From positions 4,398 to 68,397 of the forward strand of contig CAURNT010000001.1 of NCBI GenBank assembly GCA_963526495.1: DNA of 64,000 nt, in the 5' to 3' direction. Shown in pieces: positions 49,223-59,212 of the stretch. The number at the start of each line of letters is the position of its first letter. Position 1 is the first letter of the stretch. This DNA is from an uncultured Streptobacillus sp. GTDB lineage: Bacteria; Fusobacteriota; Fusobacteriia; Fusobacteriales; Leptotrichiaceae. The notes below the pieces were generated by a model. It was not told the origin of the DNA, did not search any database, and worked only from the letters and a program-made list of their open reading frames with translations. The position numbers and the translations under genes are program-made.

Positions 49223-51877
49223 CTATCCACTATTTCTAAGACCTGTAGCTATTCCATTTATACTTGTATGTATAGCTTTTTGAACATCTTGATTTTCATT
49301 TCCTTTTCTTGTTTCTTTTATTAAATATATTTGTAAATAATTTAAAGCATTAAAATATGGAAGTCTATTTTTTAAACTTAAAGTTAACATTTCATTATCT
49401 TCTAAAAGATAATTTCTTTCCATTATTTCTTTAATAAGAGTTATAGTCAACTCCCACTCAGAATATATATTTTCAAATATATCCCTTGCTAAATTTTGAT
49501 CTTCTACAAGTTTTGAATATTCTTTTGCAACATTCATATCAGTTTTTGAAAGTACCATTTCTACATTTGATATTATTCCTCTGAAGAATGGCCAATTATT
49601 ATACATTTCTCTTAATATTTTTATACCATCTTTACTATCATATATTTTTTTAAATGCACTTCCAACTCCATACCACCCTTGTAACATTACTCTTGATTGC
49701 GACCAAGAAAATACCCAAGGTATAGCACGCAATCCTTCTATATCAAGTACCTTCTTTCTAGCACTAGGACGTGACCCTATATTTAAAGATGAAACCTCCC
49801 TTATTGGTGTTGCTTGAAAAAAGTATTCAGAAAATCTATTATTTTCATATACTAAACTTCTATATTTTCTAAAACTTTCTTTAGATATTTCTTCTAAAAT
49901 ATCTATATATTTATCCTCATCATTAGATTCATCATTAAATGTTTTCTCAATAGTTGCTGAAAGTAGTGATTCTAAATTACTAATACCTAAACATGTATTA
50001 CTATATTTAGCTTCTATTACCTCACCTTGTTCTGTCAATCTAATATTACCTAATATAGAACCATTAGGTTGTGAAAGTATGGCTTCATAACTAGGTCCTC
50101 CTCCACGACCTACTGTTCCACCTCTACCATGGAAAAATGCTATATTAACATTAAATTCTTTAGATAATTTAACTAAATCTTTCTGTGCTTTATATAAACA
50201 CCAACTAGAAGATATATATCCACCATCTTTATTACTATCTGAATATCCAAGCATTATTTCTTGACGTCTTTCATTTGAATCAAGCCATTTATTAGATATA
50301 TCTAAGCTAAACCATTTTCTCATTATTTCTTGTGAATTTTCTAAATCTTCTACACTTTCAAATAATGGTGATATATATATACTATCATTTAAATCATATT
50401 CTTTAAGCATAATAGCAAGCTCAAGCATATCAGAAACTTCTACTGTATGTGATATTATATTATGTTTTATAACAGACCTACCAAATTTATCTATCAATTC
50501 TTTAGCAAGTTTATATATTCTTAATTCTCCTTTAAGTAATTCAGTTCTTTCACAATTTACAGAACTTAATTTTCTAGGTTCATTTTCTAATTGATTTAGA
50601 AGTATATTACATTTTTCTTCTTCACTTAATTCCTTGTATTTATTTGTTACATTAGCTTCTCTTAAAAGTTCATCAACACATAATTCATATACTGAAGAAT
50701 CTTGTCTTAAATCTATACTTGATAAATGATATCCAAATACTTTGACAGCTTCTATCAACTCAATTAAACTTCCATTCAATAAAATTTTATCACTATTTTT
50801 TTCAAGTGAATCTTTTATTATATATAGATCATTTAAAAATTTAATATTATTATAGTAATCATCATATTTAACATCTAATTTTTTAACAAGTAATATATCA
50901 AATGTTTCTTTAAGATTTTCTAAAATATATCCTAATGCTTTTCTATATGGTTCATACATTCTATGTTCAGATTTATCATTAGATTTAGAAGCTAATTCTT
51001 CTAATTCTTTCGTAATATCTTTTTTTAAAGATGAAATTGATAATTCTCTATATAACTTTTCTACCTCAAAAATATAGAAAGTTAGTGCAGTTTCAACTTG
51101 AGAGTTTATAGCCTCTCTAAGAGTTTTATCTGTAACAAAAGGATTACCATCTCTATCTCCACCTATCCATGTTCCCATAAGTATAGGATGAAGATTATCG
51201 GACTTAATATTGTATTCTTCAAGTTTATCTTTAAATTTATTATTAATTATTGGTATAGCTTTTAAGAATGTTGAATTATAATAACTCATTGAATTTGTAA
51301 TTTCATTACTTACCTTAAGTTTTGAATTTCTTAATATATCCGTTTCCCATAAAAGTAATAATGCTCTTTTTAATTCAATTTTCCATTTTTCTTCATCTAC
51401 AATACCATAATCTACCAATTCTCTTTTTTCAAGTATTTTATATATATTTTGCATTAAATCAAGTACAGATTTTCTTTGTACTTGAGTAGGGTGAGCTGTT
51501 AAAACTGGTGTAACAGTTATACTCTCTAATTTTGATATTAATTCATCTTTAGAATATTTAGAAAAATTTAGTTTGTTTATAATATCTTCTAGACTACCCG
51601 TTCTAACTTCTTTTTTTATATCCATATTTCTTATTAATTTTGCTTGATATACATCTTCAAGTATATTTATTAATATAGGGATAATAGATAACAATCTAAC
51701 AACTTTAGAAATATATTTTAAATCTTTATTAAATAAATTATCATCTAAATTTAAAACTTCCTCTATATTTACATCATCTACAATTGTACTTAAAATATCT
51801 TTTAATACTGATATTTCAGTATTTAATAACTTTTTCTCTAAACTTATTTGACTATCTGGTTTTAAAAAAGACTCCAT
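49223..51877 (-). CDS. ppc: Phosphoenolpyruvate carboxylase
   Basis: 884 aa. Contains VLTAHPTQ, GYSDSNKDGG and FHGRGGTVGRGGGP, with C-terminal TGLRNSG. Confidence 0.96.
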   Translation of the reverse strand: MESFLKPDSQISLEKKLLNTEISVLKDILSTIVDDVNIEEVLNLDDNLFNKDLKYISKVVRLLSIIPILINILEDVYQAKLIRNMDIKKEVRTGSLEDIINKLNFSKYSKDELISKLESITVTPVLTAHPTQVQRKSVLDLMQNIYKILEKRELVDYGIVDEEKWKIELKRALLLLWETDILRNSKLKVSNEITNSMSYYNSTFLKAIPIINNKFKDKLEEYNIKSDNLHPILMGTWIGGDRDGNPFVTDKTLREAINSQVETALTFYIFEVEKLYRELSISSLKKDITKELEELASKSNDKSEHRMYEPYRKALGYILENLKETFDILLVKKLDVKYDDYYNNIKFLNDLYIIKDSLEKNSDKILLNGSLIELIEAVKVFGYHLSSIDLRQDSSVYELCVDELLREANVTNKYKELSEEEKCNILLNQLENEPRKLSSVNCERTELLKGELRIYKLAKELIDKFGRSVIKHNIISHTVEVSDMLELAIMLKEYDLNDSIYISPLFESVEDLENSQEIMRKWFSLDISNKWLDSNERRQEIMLGYSDSNKDGGYISSSWCLYKAQKDLVKLSKEFNVNIAFFHGRGGTVGRGGGPSYEAILSQPNGSILGNIRLTEQGEVIEAKYSNTCLGISNLESLLSATIEKTFNDESNDEDKYIDILEEISKESFRKYRSLVYENNRFSEYFFQATPIREVSSLNIGSRPSARKKVLDIEGLRAIPWVFSWSQSRVMLQGWYGVGSAFKKIYDSKDGIKILREMYNNWPFFRGIISNVEMVLSKTDMNVAKEYSKLVEDQNLARDIFENIYSEWELTITLIKEIMERNYLLEDNEMLTLSLKNRLPYFNALNYLQIYLIKETRKGNENQDVQKAIHTSINGIATGLRNSG

Positions 51878-51888
51878 AACTACCTCTT

Positions 51889-53514
51889 TTATTTTCTATT
51901 TTTTGATCTTGACCCTCTACTTCTTTTTCTCTTACCTTCTCCTGAACTTTTATCAGAATTAGCTACCTCTACCATAGGTTTGTCATTTTTTCTTTTTCCT
52001 TTATTTAAAGTTTTCATAATTAATTCTGCTTCTTCAAGTGGCGCACTAACAAATGAGAAGTTTGCCATTACCTTAACATCTTTTATTTTTCTTCCAGGTA
52101 CTTTTGTCTTTTCATGTATAAGTTTTAATAACTTATTAACATTTAATCCGTCTTTTTCTCCAAGTGCTATGAATAATCTAGTATTATCATTCATTTCTAC
52201 CTTAACATTCTTAATTTTAGAATAACTTGAAGCTATAAACTCATCATCATATACATGACGAAGAAGAGATGCAACAACTGCTTCAGTATTTTTACCTTTA
52301 AGTATTTTTTGAGCTAATTCTAAATATGGTTTATAATCATTTTCAAGCATAATTTCTTCAACTGAAGCAACTAATACTTCCTCTTTAGCTCTTAATATAT
52401 CTTCTACATCTGGTATAGATTCTTTTTTTATATCAGACTTAGTCTCTCTTTTAATTTGAGCTAATTTTCTTGATTCTTGTGGAGTAACAAAAGTTATAGC
52501 TATACCTTTATTTCCAGCTCTTCCTGTTCTTCCAATTCTATGAACATAAGAGTCAGATTCTTGAGGTATAGAATAATTTATTACATGTGTAAGATTACTT
52601 ACATCTATACCACGTGCTGCAACATCAGTTGCAACTAATATAGTTAATATTTTATTCTTAAATAAATCTAATGCTTTTTCACGTAAACCTTGTGTAATAT
52701 CACCATGTATAGCTTCAGCATCATAATTACGTGCTTTTAATTTATTAGTTACTTCATCAACTTCTGATTTAGTTCTACAAAATACTATACCATAAAAATC
52801 TGGCTTATAGTCTAAAACTCTACAAAGTGCTTCAAACTTATCTTCACGTCTTACCTCAAAATATATTTGTTCAGTAAGATTTGTTGTCAATTCTTTTTTC
52901 TTTACTTTTAAAACCTTATGTTCTGGCATAAATCTTTTTGCTATTTCAGATATTGGTTTTGGTATAGTTGCAGAGAAAAATAACATTTTCTTATCTTCGT
53001 TAGTTGATTCAAGTATAAGTTCTATATCTTCTATAAATCCCATATTAAGCATTTCATCTGCTTCATCTAATACAAAATATTCAAGTTCATCCAACTTTAA
53101 TACACCTTTATTTATCATATCTATAACACGACCTGGTGTACCTACAACAATATCTACTCCTTTTTTAAGATTCTTAATTTGATTTTCTATAGAAGCTCCA
53201 CCATAAACTGCTAAAACTCTAATATCTTTTTTACCTTTAAGAGAATATATTTCATCACTAACTTGATTTGCAAGTTCTCTTGTAGGCGCAAGTATTAACG
53301 CTTTAACCTTCTTGTTTGGCTTTATAGTTTCAAGTATAGGTATAGAAAAGGCAGCCGTCTTTCCTGTTCCTGTTTGAGCTTGACCTATTAAATGTGTTCT
53401 CTCCTTTAATAGTTCAGGTATAACTAAGGCTTGTATTTCACTTGGTGATACAAATCCTTTTTCTTCTAATGCATTCAGCATTTCATTACTTAAATTGTAA
53501 TCCTTAAAATTCAT
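51889..53514 (-). CDS. DEAD-box ATP-dependent RNA helicase with DbpA-like C-terminal domain and basic tail
   Basis: 541 aa. Q-motif, AQTGTGKT, DEAD, SAT and HRIGRTGRAG. Confidence 0.93.
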   Translation of the reverse strand: MNFKDYNLSNEMLNALEEKGFVSPSEIQALVIPELLKERTHLIGQAQTGTGKTAAFSIPILETIKPNKKVKALILAPTRELANQVSDEIYSLKGKKDIRVLAVYGGASIENQIKNLKKGVDIVVGTPGRVIDMINKGVLKLDELEYFVLDEADEMLNMGFIEDIELILESTNEDKKMLFFSATIPKPISEIAKRFMPEHKVLKVKKKELTTNLTEQIYFEVRREDKFEALCRVLDYKPDFYGIVFCRTKSEVDEVTNKLKARNYDAEAIHGDITQGLREKALDLFKNKILTILVATDVAARGIDVSNLTHVINYSIPQESDSYVHRIGRTGRAGNKGIAITFVTPQESRKLAQIKRETKSDIKKESIPDVEDILRAKEEVLVASVEEIMLENDYKPYLELAQKILKGKNTEAVVASLLRHVYDDEFIASSYSKIKNVKVEMNDNTRLFIALGEKDGLNVNKLLKLIHEKTKVPGRKIKDVKVMANFSFVSAPLEEAELIMKTLNKGKRKNDKPMVEVANSDKSSGEGKRKRSRGSRSKNRK

Positions 53515-54417
53515 TTAATCCTTCTTTCCAAAATCTTCAGGCAATTCAAGTAAAAATCTACCCAATTTGCCCATTCTATATTCTTTTAAAATTCTTCTCG
53601 CTATAACGGTAAAATCAAATTCATCATTTTTTGATATACCTAATCTTTTTTCTAATATTTTTAATATTTCTATATTATCTTTCAGTGATATTTCTTCAAT
53701 ATTCAAATCATATACTTTTACTAAATTTGAAAGTAAATCTCTATTTCTCATAATATCTAGTAACTTCATTACAACCTTTTCAAGTGGCAATACATCATCT
53801 TTTATAGAGCCTGTTATTGCCAAATTATATGCTACAACTTCATCTTCAAATTTTGGCCAAAGTATACCAGGAGTATCCAATAACTCAAATTTTTCATCTA
53901 CACTTATCCATTGTTTTCCTCTAGTAAAACCAGGTTTGTTTCCTACTTTTGCCTTGTTTTTATTTGAAAATTTATTTATAAACTTAGACTTACCAACATT
54001 AGGAATTCCTGCAATCAAAGCTCTTACAACCGTTTTTCTAAGACCTTTTTTCTTCATTTTTTCCAACTTCTCATTGTATATCTTATTTACAATATTCCTT
54101 AATTCAGAAAAATTCTTATTTTTCTCAACACTAAGTGGAATAAAATAATCAGCTATATCATTACTTAAAAAGTAATCTTCCCATTCCTTAAGTTTTCCTT
54201 CATCAACCAAATCTATTTTATTTAATACTAATACACGTACTTTATTTTTAGATAATTTTTCTATATCTGGATTCTTACTAGAAAGAGGTATTCTGGCATC
54301 TAATATTTCAATAACAATATCAACTATTTTTAAATTTTCTATCATCATATCCTTTGTCTTTTTCATGTGACCTGGATACCAATTAATCATTGTACTCATC
54401 ATCATCCTTACTAGCAA
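53515..54417 (-). CDS. rbgA: Ribosome biogenesis GTPase A (YlqF/RbgA), circularly permuted GTPase
   Basis: Contains INWYPGHM, NKIDL and GIPNVGKS. The true start is probably one of the internal ATGs (for example 54399, with AAGGA upstream) rather than 54417. Confidence 0.9.
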   Translation of the reverse strand: MLVRMMMSTMINWYPGHMKKTKDMMIENLKIVDIVIEILDARIPLSSKNPDIEKLSKNKVRVLVLNKIDLVDEGKLKEWEDYFLSNDIADYFIPLSVEKNKNFSELRNIVNKIYNEKLEKMKKKGLRKTVVRALIAGIPNVGKSKFINKFSNKNKAKVGNKPGFTRGKQWISVDEKFELLDTPGILWPKFEDEVVAYNLAITGSIKDDVLPLEKVVMKLLDIMRNRDLLSNLVKVYDLNIEEISLKDNIEILKILEKRLGISKNDEFDFTVIARRILKEYRMGKLGRFLLELPEDFGKKD

Positions 54418-55063
54418 TAAAAAGCACTATTTCACCTTTAATATTTCTATTTTCAAGTAATTTAATTACATCATTTACCCGACCTCTAATAATTTCTTCA
54501 TAAATTTTAGTTAATTCTCTAGTTATTACAACATATCTATTACCTAAATAATTTTCAATATCTTTTAAAGTTTTAACTATTCTATTAGGTGATTCTAATA
54601 TTATTATTGCTCTTTCTTCTTCTTTTAGTTTTAAAAACAAGGTTTGACGACCTTTTTTCTTAGGAAGAAAACCTTCATAAGCAAGTCGTCTTGTATCTAT
54701 TCCTGCAATAGATGCACCCGTTGTAATAGATGATGGTCCTGGAATAGAGGTAACCTTAATTCCATTTTTCAAAGCACTATCTACAAGTTCATAACCTGGA
54801 TCTGATATACAAGGCATACCTGCATCTGTTACTATTGCAATATTTTTATCTTCTTTCAATAGTCCTATAATATTTTCTATTTGATGTTGTTTATTATGTT
54901 CATGATATTGATAAACTTTAGTATCAATTTCATAATGTTGAAGAAGTTTTCTTGTAACTCTTGTATCTTCTGCAAAAATATATTCAACTTCTTTTAATGT
55001 TTTTATTGCCCTAAAGGTAATATCTTCTAAATTACCTATTGGCGTTCCTACAATATATAGCAT
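54383..55063 (-). CDS. rsmI: 16S rRNA (cytidine1402-2'-O)-methyltransferase
   Basis: 226 aa. N-terminal LYIVGTPIGNLEDITFRA and a tetrapyrrole-methylase-like fold. Confidence 0.9.
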   Translation of the reverse strand: MLYIVGTPIGNLEDITFRAIKTLKEVEYIFAEDTRVTRKLLQHYEIDTKVYQYHEHNKQHQIENIIGLLKEDKNIAIVTDAGMPCISDPGYELVDSALKNGIKVTSIPGPSSITTGASIAGIDTRRLAYEGFLPKKKGRQTLFLKLKEEERAIIILESPNRIVKTLKDIENYLGNRYVVITRELTKIYEEIIRGRVNDVIKLLENRNIKGEIVLFIASKDDDEYND

Positions 55064-55069
55064 ATATAC

Positions 55070-56470
55070 CTACTTTTTATTACTTTCTTCAAGTATTAAA
55101 TCTTTCTTAGTCTTTTTATCTTTATTAGCATCTTCTGGTTTAGGATCAGATTTAACTTCTTTACCAAGTAAAACATCTATTGCTGCTTTTAACTGAACAT
55201 CACCTTTTTTTAGAATTTCATCTGCTTTTTCTTCACCCTCAGTTTCTACTAATATTTTTTTTATTTCTTTTTGTCTATTTTCTTTTGCAAGTTCAGTTTC
55301 TGTACTATACCCTTTACTTGATAAAAGATTATTCATATTAATATATATATTTGGCTCTATACCTTTTTTATTTATATTATTATTTTTAGGTGTTGCATAT
55401 TCAGCTATTGTAAGTTTTATTGCATCATCACTTCCAGGATAGTTATATATTCCTTGTGCTACTCCTTTACCAAATGTTTTTTCTCCTATAATAGTTGCAC
55501 GTTTATAGTCTTTTAAAACTCCTGTAACAATTTCTGAAGCAGATGCTGATCCACGATTTACAAGTACAGTCATTTCACCTTTAAATATTTGTTCTCCTAC
55601 TCTTTTATATTCATTATTATTTCCACTTTTTGTTTTAAGGGTTACTATTAAATCTTCTGAAACAAATAACGAAGCTATTTCAACTGCTTCTTGAAGAGAA
55701 CCACCAGGATTTGTTCTTAAATCAAATACTAATTTTTTCATTCCTTGTTTTTGTAATTCTAAAATTGCATTTTTTATTTCTGGTCCTGTTTTACTACCAA
55801 AATTTAGTAAACTTATATATCCTATTCCATTTTTTTTATCAATCATTCTATATTCAACATTTTCAAGTTTTATTATTTCACGAGTAAGTGTTATTTCTAA
55901 TGGTTTTTTTAACCCTTTTCTATATATTTCAACTTTAACTTTAGTCCCTGGATCTCCTTTAAGTTTTTTAGAAGTTTCAGTTGCTGTTAAATTTAATATA
56001 TCTTCTCCATCAACTTTTGTAAGTATATCACCAATTTGTATACCAGCTCTAAAAGCAGGAGTCCCTATAAATGGAGAAATAACTTCCATATAGTCTCCTT
56101 TTTCTTTTCTAATTGACATACCTACTCCACCATAAACTCCATCCATACCTTCATTTAATTCTTGAAGTTCTTTAGCTGTTAAATATTCAGAATAAGGATC
56201 TTCTAAACTTTTAACCATACCACGAAGTGCTGCTTCGTATAATTTTTCTTTACTTGTATCAGCACTACCTACCCAACGATCATTAATATAGTTTATTGTT
56301 TGTATTAATTTATTAATATTTTTTAAATCCACTACAGCATTTGCTCTTTGCTCTGCTTGTACTTTTTTAACTTCTTGATTTACTTTTTCTTCTGAATATG
56401 TTATATATCCAAGAAAAGCTATGAAAGTTAACATCATTAATTTTTTCTTATTTATTTTCATTTTTATCAC
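55070..56470 (-). CDS. ctpA: S41 carboxy-terminal processing peptidase
   Basis: 466 aa. TM/signal segment, PDZ (AGIQIGDILTKVDG), catalytic GSASASEI and K in FGKG. Confidence 0.9.
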   Translation of the reverse strand: MIKMKINKKKLMMLTFIAFLGYITYSEEKVNQEVKKVQAEQRANAVVDLKNINKLIQTINYINDRWVGSADTSKEKLYEAALRGMVKSLEDPYSEYLTAKELQELNEGMDGVYGGVGMSIRKEKGDYMEVISPFIGTPAFRAGIQIGDILTKVDGEDILNLTATETSKKLKGDPGTKVKVEIYRKGLKKPLEITLTREIIKLENVEYRMIDKKNGIGYISLLNFGSKTGPEIKNAILELQKQGMKKLVFDLRTNPGGSLQEAVEIASLFVSEDLIVTLKTKSGNNNEYKRVGEQIFKGEMTVLVNRGSASASEIVTGVLKDYKRATIIGEKTFGKGVAQGIYNYPGSDDAIKLTIAEYATPKNNNINKKGIEPNIYINMNNLLSSKGYSTETELAKENRQKEIKKILVETEGEEKADEILKKGDVQLKAAIDVLLGKEVKSDPKPEDANKDKKTKKDLILEESNKK

Positions 56471-57191
56471 CTTTTATTACATATATTAAAAATTCTTTAT
56501 TTCCTTTAGTCCCCTTTATTGGTGAATCTATAACTTCTTTTACTATATATCCACTATCAATAAATGAATGAACTACTTTCTTTATTGCTTCATCATGATA
56601 TTTTTCTTCAATTACTATACCATTTCTTGAAATTTTATCTGGAGTTAATTCAAATTGTGGTTTAATAAGAGCAATTACTCCAAAATTATCTTTACCAAAA
56701 TTTTCAAAATACTGTATAACTTTAGTTAAAGAAATGAATGAAACATCTATTACAATATAGTCTACCTTATCATCTATTATTAAATCTCTAATATGAATTT
56801 GTTCAAGAGATATTACCTTTTCATTATTCTTTAAGGTATAATCTAATTGATTTGTACCTACATCATTAGCATATACCAACTTAGCTCCATATTGTAAGGC
56901 ACAATCAGTAAACCCACCAGTTGATGCACCTATATCTAATATTTTTTTATCATTAAAATCTAAATTCCAATAATTTATAGCTTTTTCAAGTTTTAATCCA
57001 CCACGACTGACATATTTTAATTTATTTTTTATTCTAATATCCTTAATATTTTCCTCTTTAAATTGACTACCCGGTTTAGTTTCGGCTTTATCGTTTATTA
57101 TAACATTACCAACCATTATTTCACGTTTAGCTTTTTCACGACTATCAAAATAACCAAGTTCAACTAATAATACATCTAAACGCTTTTTCAT
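56448..57191 (-). CDS. tlyA: TlyA-family rRNA (cytidine-2'-O)-methyltransferase
   Basis: 247 aa. S4 domain N-terminus (KRLDVLLVELG) and an FtsJ-like DIGASTGGFTD. Confidence 0.9.
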   Translation of the reverse strand: MKKRLDVLLVELGYFDSREKAKREIMVGNVIINDKAETKPGSQFKEENIKDIRIKNKLKYVSRGGLKLEKAINYWNLDFNDKKILDIGASTGGFTDCALQYGAKLVYANDVGTNQLDYTLKNNEKVISLEQIHIRDLIIDDKVDYIVIDVSFISLTKVIQYFENFGKDNFGVIALIKPQFELTPDKISRNGIVIEEKYHDEAIKKVVHSFIDSGYIVKEVIDSPIKGTKGNKEFLIYVIKGDKNENK

Positions 57192-57646
57192 AATAAATAT
57201 CCTTTAAATAAAAAAGGTATAACTATACCTAATATAGCTCCCATTAAGACCTCTAAAGGAGTATGTCCTAAAAACTCCTTCAATTCTTGAATTTCATCAG
57301 CATTATATAGTCTTCTTTCTTCCAATAATCTATTTAATATTTTTGCGTGTTTCCCAGCTTCTTGCCTTACCCCAGTTGCATCATACATTGTAACAATAGC
57401 AAATATAGCAGCTATTGCAAACTCTACACTATGTATACCTTTTAATAAAGCAACTGATGTTGCTAAGGTAACAGTTGATGAAGAATGAGAACTCGGCATT
57501 CCCCCTGTTGTAAATATTTTTGTAAAATCAAACCTACCTGTTTTAAATATTGGTACTATACATTTATATACTTGAGCTGCAAAAGCACTTAAAAACACTA
57601 AATCTAAAACTTTATTAGATAATATTATTCCTCCATTATCTAGCAT
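57188..57646 (-). CDS. Divergent PAP2-family membrane protein (YuiD/DUF212 type)
   Basis: Contains GGMPSSHSS and the HTPLEV motif. I place the start at the ATG at 57646 (AGGAG 8 nt upstream). The ORF-track extension to 57709 overlaps yhbY. Confidence 0.8.
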   Translation of the reverse strand: MLDNGGIILSNKVLDLVFLSAFAAQVYKCIVPIFKTGRFDFTKIFTTGGMPSSHSSSTVTLATSVALLKGIHSVEFAIAAIFAIVTMYDATGVRQEAGKHAKILNRLLEERRLYNADEIQELKEFLGHTPLEVLMGAILGIVIPFLFKGYLL

Positions 57647-57977
57647 TATTAACTCTCCTACTCTTTTTAAAATCATAGAATTCTTGTGTAATTTCACCAG
57701 GTTTACCATTTTCTATTTTTTCTTTAAAAAATATCATTGTTTTACCTACAGAACCTATAAAAATAGAATTTGAAGAAGATTCTATTTGTTCTATAATTTC
57801 ATTATTTACATCTTCTAAACTATTTTGTAATAATTTTATCTTCATTAATTCATTTTTCTTTATATATGCTGAAATACTTTCTAAAACACTATCTGTAACT
57901 CCTTCTTTACCAATTCTAACTACTGCTTCTAAATTATGAGCTCTTTTTCTTAAAAAGTTTCTTTCTTTACTATTCAA
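57636..57977 (-). CDS. yhbY: YhbY-like CRM-domain RNA-binding protein (ribosome assembly)
   Basis: Contains FLRKRAHNLEAVVRIGKEGVT and IGSVGKTMIFF. TTG start at 57977 with AAGGAG 6 nt upstream. The ORF-track extension to 58094 runs through the promoter and the rpsO terminator. Confidence 0.8.
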   Translation of the reverse strand: MNSKERNFLRKRAHNLEAVVRIGKEGVTDSVLESISAYIKKNELMKIKLLQNSLEDVNNEIIEQIESSSNSIFIGSVGKTMIFFKEKIENGKPGEITQEFYDFKKSRRVNNAR

Positions 57978-58007
57978 TATATTCTCCTTTATTAATTTTT
58001 TACTTTT

Positions 58008-58037
58008 ATTATACCATAATATAGCTTTTTTTGCCAA
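58008..58037 (-). promoter_or_regulatory. Promoter of the yhbY operon
   Basis: Minus strand: TTGGCA (58037-58032), 18 nt spacer, TGgTATAAT (TATAAT at 58013-58008). Confidence 0.5.
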
Positions 58038-58060
58038 ATAAAAAGGAGATTTATAAGATA

Positions 58061-58101
58061 TAAAAATACACCTTGAGTCTAATTTAAAGACCAAGGTGTA
58101 T
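58061..58101 (-). terminator. Intrinsic terminator 3' of rpsO
   Basis: 10-bp perfect stem atacaccttg (58066-58075) / caaggtgtat (58092-58101), followed by a U-run on the minus transcript. Confidence 0.65.
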
Positions 58102-58109
58102 ATCTTAAA

Positions 58110-58373
58110 CTATTTTCTAATTCCTAATTTTTCTATTAATTCTCTATATTCATCAAGATTTCTATTTTTTATGTAGTTTAATAATCTTCTTCTTTTTCCT
58201 ACTAATTTTAATAATCCTGCTCTTGAATGAACATCTTTAAAGTGAAACTTTAAATGTTCTGTTAAATGAGATATTCTTTCTGTTAATATTGCTACTTGTA
58301 CATTTGCTGATCCTGTATCTTTAGAATCTTTACCAAATTCTGCAATAATTTCTGCTTTTGTTTTCATTGCCAT
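58110..58373 (-). CDS. rpsO: 30S ribosomal protein S15
   Basis: 87 aa. Contains [52 protein letters not shown] 7 nt upstream. Confidence 0.97.
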   Translation of the reverse strand: MAMKTKAEIIAEFGKDSKDTGSANVQVAILTERISHLTEHLKFHFKDVHSRAGLLKLVGKRRRLLNYIKNRNLDEYRELIEKLGIRK

Positions 58374-58405
58374 TTTATTTCCTCCTAATATATATTATCT
58401 AAACC

Positions 58406-58435
58406 AAGCATATATTTGGCATTAAGTATATGCTT
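58406..58435 (-). promoter_or_regulatory. Stem-loop in the rpsO 5' leader (possible S15 autoregulatory element)
   Basis: 9-bp perfect stem aagcatata (58406-58414) / tatatgctt (58427-58435) with a 12-nt loop. It lies between the predicted promoter and the SD. Confidence 0.3.
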
Positions 58436-58452
58436 CGTATAAATTCATTGTT

Positions 58453-58481
58453 ATTCTAGCATAGTTTTAGCATTATGTCAA
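58453..58481 (-). promoter_or_regulatory. rpsO promoter
   Basis: Minus strand: TTGACA (58481-58476), 17 nt spacer, TGcTAGAAT (TAGAAT at 58458-58453). Confidence 0.55.
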
Positions 58482-58496
58482 ATAATTAATAATCTT

Positions 58497-59210
58497 TCAG
58501 CCCCCTAAATAGACTTTCTTTATAATATCATTATTAGCTATTTCACTTCCTTTACCTTCAAGAACTATTTTACCAACTTCTATAACATAAGCCCTATCAG
58601 ATATTTCTAATGATTTTTTAGCATTTTGTTCAACTAAAAGTATTGTTGTTTTACCTTCTTTATTTATTCTCTTAATTATCTCAAATATTTCTTTAACTAA
58701 TAAAGGTGATAATCCCATAGATGGTTCATCAAGTAATAAAAGCTTAGGCTTAGACATCAATGCACGTCCTATAGCTAACATTTGTTGCTCTCCTCCACTC
58801 ATAGTTCCAGATAATTGATTTTTTCTTTCTTTTAATCTAGGAAATAAGTCAAATACTTTTTTCAATTCTTCTTGAAATTCATTTTTAGATCTTGTATATG
58901 CACCAATTTCTAAATTTTCCATAACAGTTAAATCAGTAAATATACGTCTCCCTTCTGGAACATGTGCCATACCCATAGGTACTAATTTATGAGCCTTAAC
59001 ATTATTTATACTCTCTCCATTTAATACTACTTCTCCTGATTTAATAGGTAATATATTAGATATAGCATTAAGTATAGTTGTTTTACCTGCACCGTTAGCC
59101 CCTATAAAAGAAACAATTTCTCCTTCTTTAATATAGAAAGAAATATCTTTTATTGCATGTATCTTATCATAAAATACATTTATTTCATTTACTTCTAAAA
59201 TTTTACTCAT
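58497..59210 (-). CDS. livF: Branched-chain amino acid ABC transporter ATP-binding protein LivF
   Basis: 237 aa. Contains GANGAGKTT, LSGGEQQMLAIGRAL and LLLDEPS. Confidence 0.92.
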   Translation of the reverse strand: MSKILEVNEINVFYDKIHAIKDISFYIKEGEIVSFIGANGAGKTTILNAISNILPIKSGEVVLNGESINNVKAHKLVPMGMAHVPEGRRIFTDLTVMENLEIGAYTRSKNEFQEELKKVFDLFPRLKERKNQLSGTMSGGEQQMLAIGRALMSKPKLLLLDEPSMGLSPLLVKEIFEIIKRINKEGKTTILLVEQNAKKSLEISDRAYVIEVGKIVLEGKGSEIANNDIIKKVYLGG

Positions 59211-59212
59211 AA

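Noticed and set aside
48007-49260. T-box or other leader riboswitches upstream of tyrS and metG
   Set aside because: Both genes start within about 10 nt of, or overlap, the preceding gene's stop, leaving no room for a leader element.
53567-54148. 193-aa plus-strand ORF antisense to rbgA
   Set aside because: It is an F/S/L/I-rich antisense artefact typical of AT-rich genomes, with no SD or promoter.
57647-58094. N-terminal extensions given by the ORF track for the PAP2-family gene (to 57709) and yhbY (to 58094). The track also extends livJ (to 63105), tyrS (to 49230) and mscL (to 466).
   Set aside because: The extensions lack an SD and run through promoters or terminators or the upstream gene. 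Internal starts with strong SDs give N-termini that match the family pattern.
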